Virus record (IMG/VR): IMGVR_UViG_3300001525_000032 | Length of the DNA: 30,993 bases | DNA from: a virus | Strand: one strand, 5' to 3' | Shown here: piece by piece, positions 29,893 to 30,993 of the stretch | How positions within the stretch are numbered: position 1 is the stretch's first letter | How the letters are laid out: every line of letters starts with the position of its first letter | Program-made: the position numbers and the translations under genes | The notes under the pieces: generated by a model | What the model saw: only the letters and a program-made list of their open reading frames with translations | Told to the model about the DNA's origin: nothing | The model's database searches: none

Positions 29893-30942
29893 ATGGGAGA
29901 GCGGACATATAAACAACTTAATTGGACGAGCCGTATCAAGCTCGAGACGATGCTCAAGCATGGACACTCGAAAAAGGAAATCGCCGAGGAGCTCGGCGTA
30001 CATATCAGCACCGTTTACCGTGAGCTCAAGCGCGGGACGTATGAGCATCTAAACTCCGATTATACGACCGAGGAACGGTATAGCCCGGAAAAGGCCGAGG
30101 CGCGCTATCAAGAGGGGCTCGCCGCGAAAGGTGCTCCGCTCAAGATTGGGAAAAATCACGCCGCCGCGCAGTTTATCGAGGACAAAATCGGAAACGAGGA
30201 CTATTCCCCGGCGGCGGTGTGCGCTCTACTCAAGCAGGAAAAATATAAACACTTCGGAATAACCTTTTGCCGTGCGACGATTTATAAATACGTCGAGGAC
30301 GGCGTTTTTCTCACGCTCACAAATCAAGACCTCCCGGAAAAGGGCGACCGCAAAAAGAAGCATAGAACAATCCGCAAGAAACAGGCTCGGGCATCCAGCG
30401 GCACGAGCATAGAGCAGAGGCCGGAGTATATCAACGAGCGGCAGGAGCCGGGACATTGGGAAATGGATACCGTCGTCGGGAAGAAGCGGACGAAAGCCCG
30501 CCTCCTCGTCCTCTCCGAACGTGTCACGCGGCGGGAAATCATTATCCGCATCAAGGACGGACGCGCCGAGACGGTCGTCGCGGCATTAGACCGCCTCGAG
30601 CGCCTTTATGGTGCGGCGTTCTATCGGATATTCAAAACGATAACCGTAGACAACGGCTCCGAGTTCGCGGATGCTGACGGCATCGAGCGGAGCGCCCGGC
30701 GCAAGGACTCAAAGCGGACGACGGTCTATTACTGCCATGCGTATAGCTCTTGTGAGCGCGGCACGAATGAGAATATTAACCGCATGATACGGCGGCAGTT
30801 CCCGAAAGGGACGGACTTCGACAAGGTAACGGCGGCGGAAGTGAAGCGCGTCGAGACGTGGCTCAACAACTACCCGCGAGAAATACTCGGCTTTATGTCC
30901 TCGGCGCAAGCGTTCGAGCTCGCTTTTGACCGCGCCGCATGA
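29893..30942 (+). CDS. IS30-family DDE transposase/integrase, full length
   Basis: N-terminal HTH 'EIAEELGVHISTVYRELKRG'. DDE region 'HWEMDTV', 'TVDNGSEF' and 'CERGTNENINRMIRRQFPKG'. Confidence 0.85.
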   Translation: MGERTYKQLNWTSRIKLETMLKHGHSKKEIAEELGVHISTVYRELKRGTYEHLNSDYTTEERYSPEKAEARYQEGLAAKGAPLKIGKNHAAAQFIEDKIGNEDYSPAAVCALLKQEKYKHFGITFCRATIYKYVEDGVFLTLTNQDLPEKGDRKKKHRTIRKKQARASSGTSIEQRPEYINERQEPGHWEMDTVVGKKRTKARLLVLSERVTRREIIIRIKDGRAETVVAALDRLERLYGAAFYRIFKTITVDNGSEFADADGIERSARRKDSKRTTVYYCHAYSSCERGTNENINRMIRRQFPKGTDFDKVTAAEVKRVETWLNNYPREILGFMSSAQAFELAFDRAA

Positions 30943-30993
30943 GCCCTCAAAAAATTATTCTATCTTTTTCGCACAATTTACTTGACATTTGCG
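30919..30993. repeat. Terminal direct repeat, identical to 1-75
   Basis: See feature 1-75. Confidence 0.9.

Noticed and set aside
1-30993. CRISPR arrays, tRNA/rRNA genes, additional VR/TR copies
   Set aside because: I saw no regularly spaced short repeats and no cloverleaf-like segments in the intergenic regions. The strings 'ggtggctccgttcccc' and 'ctcggcttcgcgcccgg' occur only at the three DGR repeats. This was a visual scan only, so a tRNAscan or CRISPR-finder run would settle it.

Overview
The window is a complete tailed-phage (or prophage-derived circular) genome of about 30.9 kb. Its first 75 nt (1-75) are identical to its last 75 nt (30919-30993), so the unique length is 30,918 bp, and the molecule is either circular or terminally redundant. 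GC content is high, GGAGG ribosome-binding sites are strong, and all genes but one lie on the + strand. These traits, with an SLH-domain endolysin and a SleB-type hydrolase, suggest a high-GC Gram-positive, Clostridia-like host. The layout is as follows. 158-7149 is an early/accessory module with an IS30-type HTH-only protein, small Cys-rich proteins, a PAPS-reductase-family PP-loop enzyme, a SleB-like hydrolase, an HUH rolling-circle Rep, a MazG-like protein, an ArpU/sigma-r4-like regulator and an HNH endonuclease. 7250-23322 is an HK97-type packaging, head and siphovirus tail module, with TerS, TerL, portal, protease, MCP, connectors, major tail protein, a G/GT chaperone with a -1 frameshift, TMP, Dit, Tal and fibres. 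22069-25311 is a diversity-generating retroelement (DGR). 26642-28264 is a lysis cassette. 28311-30942 is a lysogeny/moron-like module with a reverse-strand membrane HIRAN protein, an XRE regulator, a small toxin-like peptide and an IS30-family DDE transposase. The main finding is the DGR. One template repeat (TR, 23833-23958) matches two variable repeats that differ from it only at TR adenines. VR1 lies at the 3' end of a tail-fibre-like gene. VR2 lies about 19 kb away at the 3' end of a small stand-alone gene in the early region. Each VR is followed by a hairpin with the same loop at the same spacing. No tRNA, rRNA or CRISPR array was seen. All product calls rest on motifs read by eye, with no database search.
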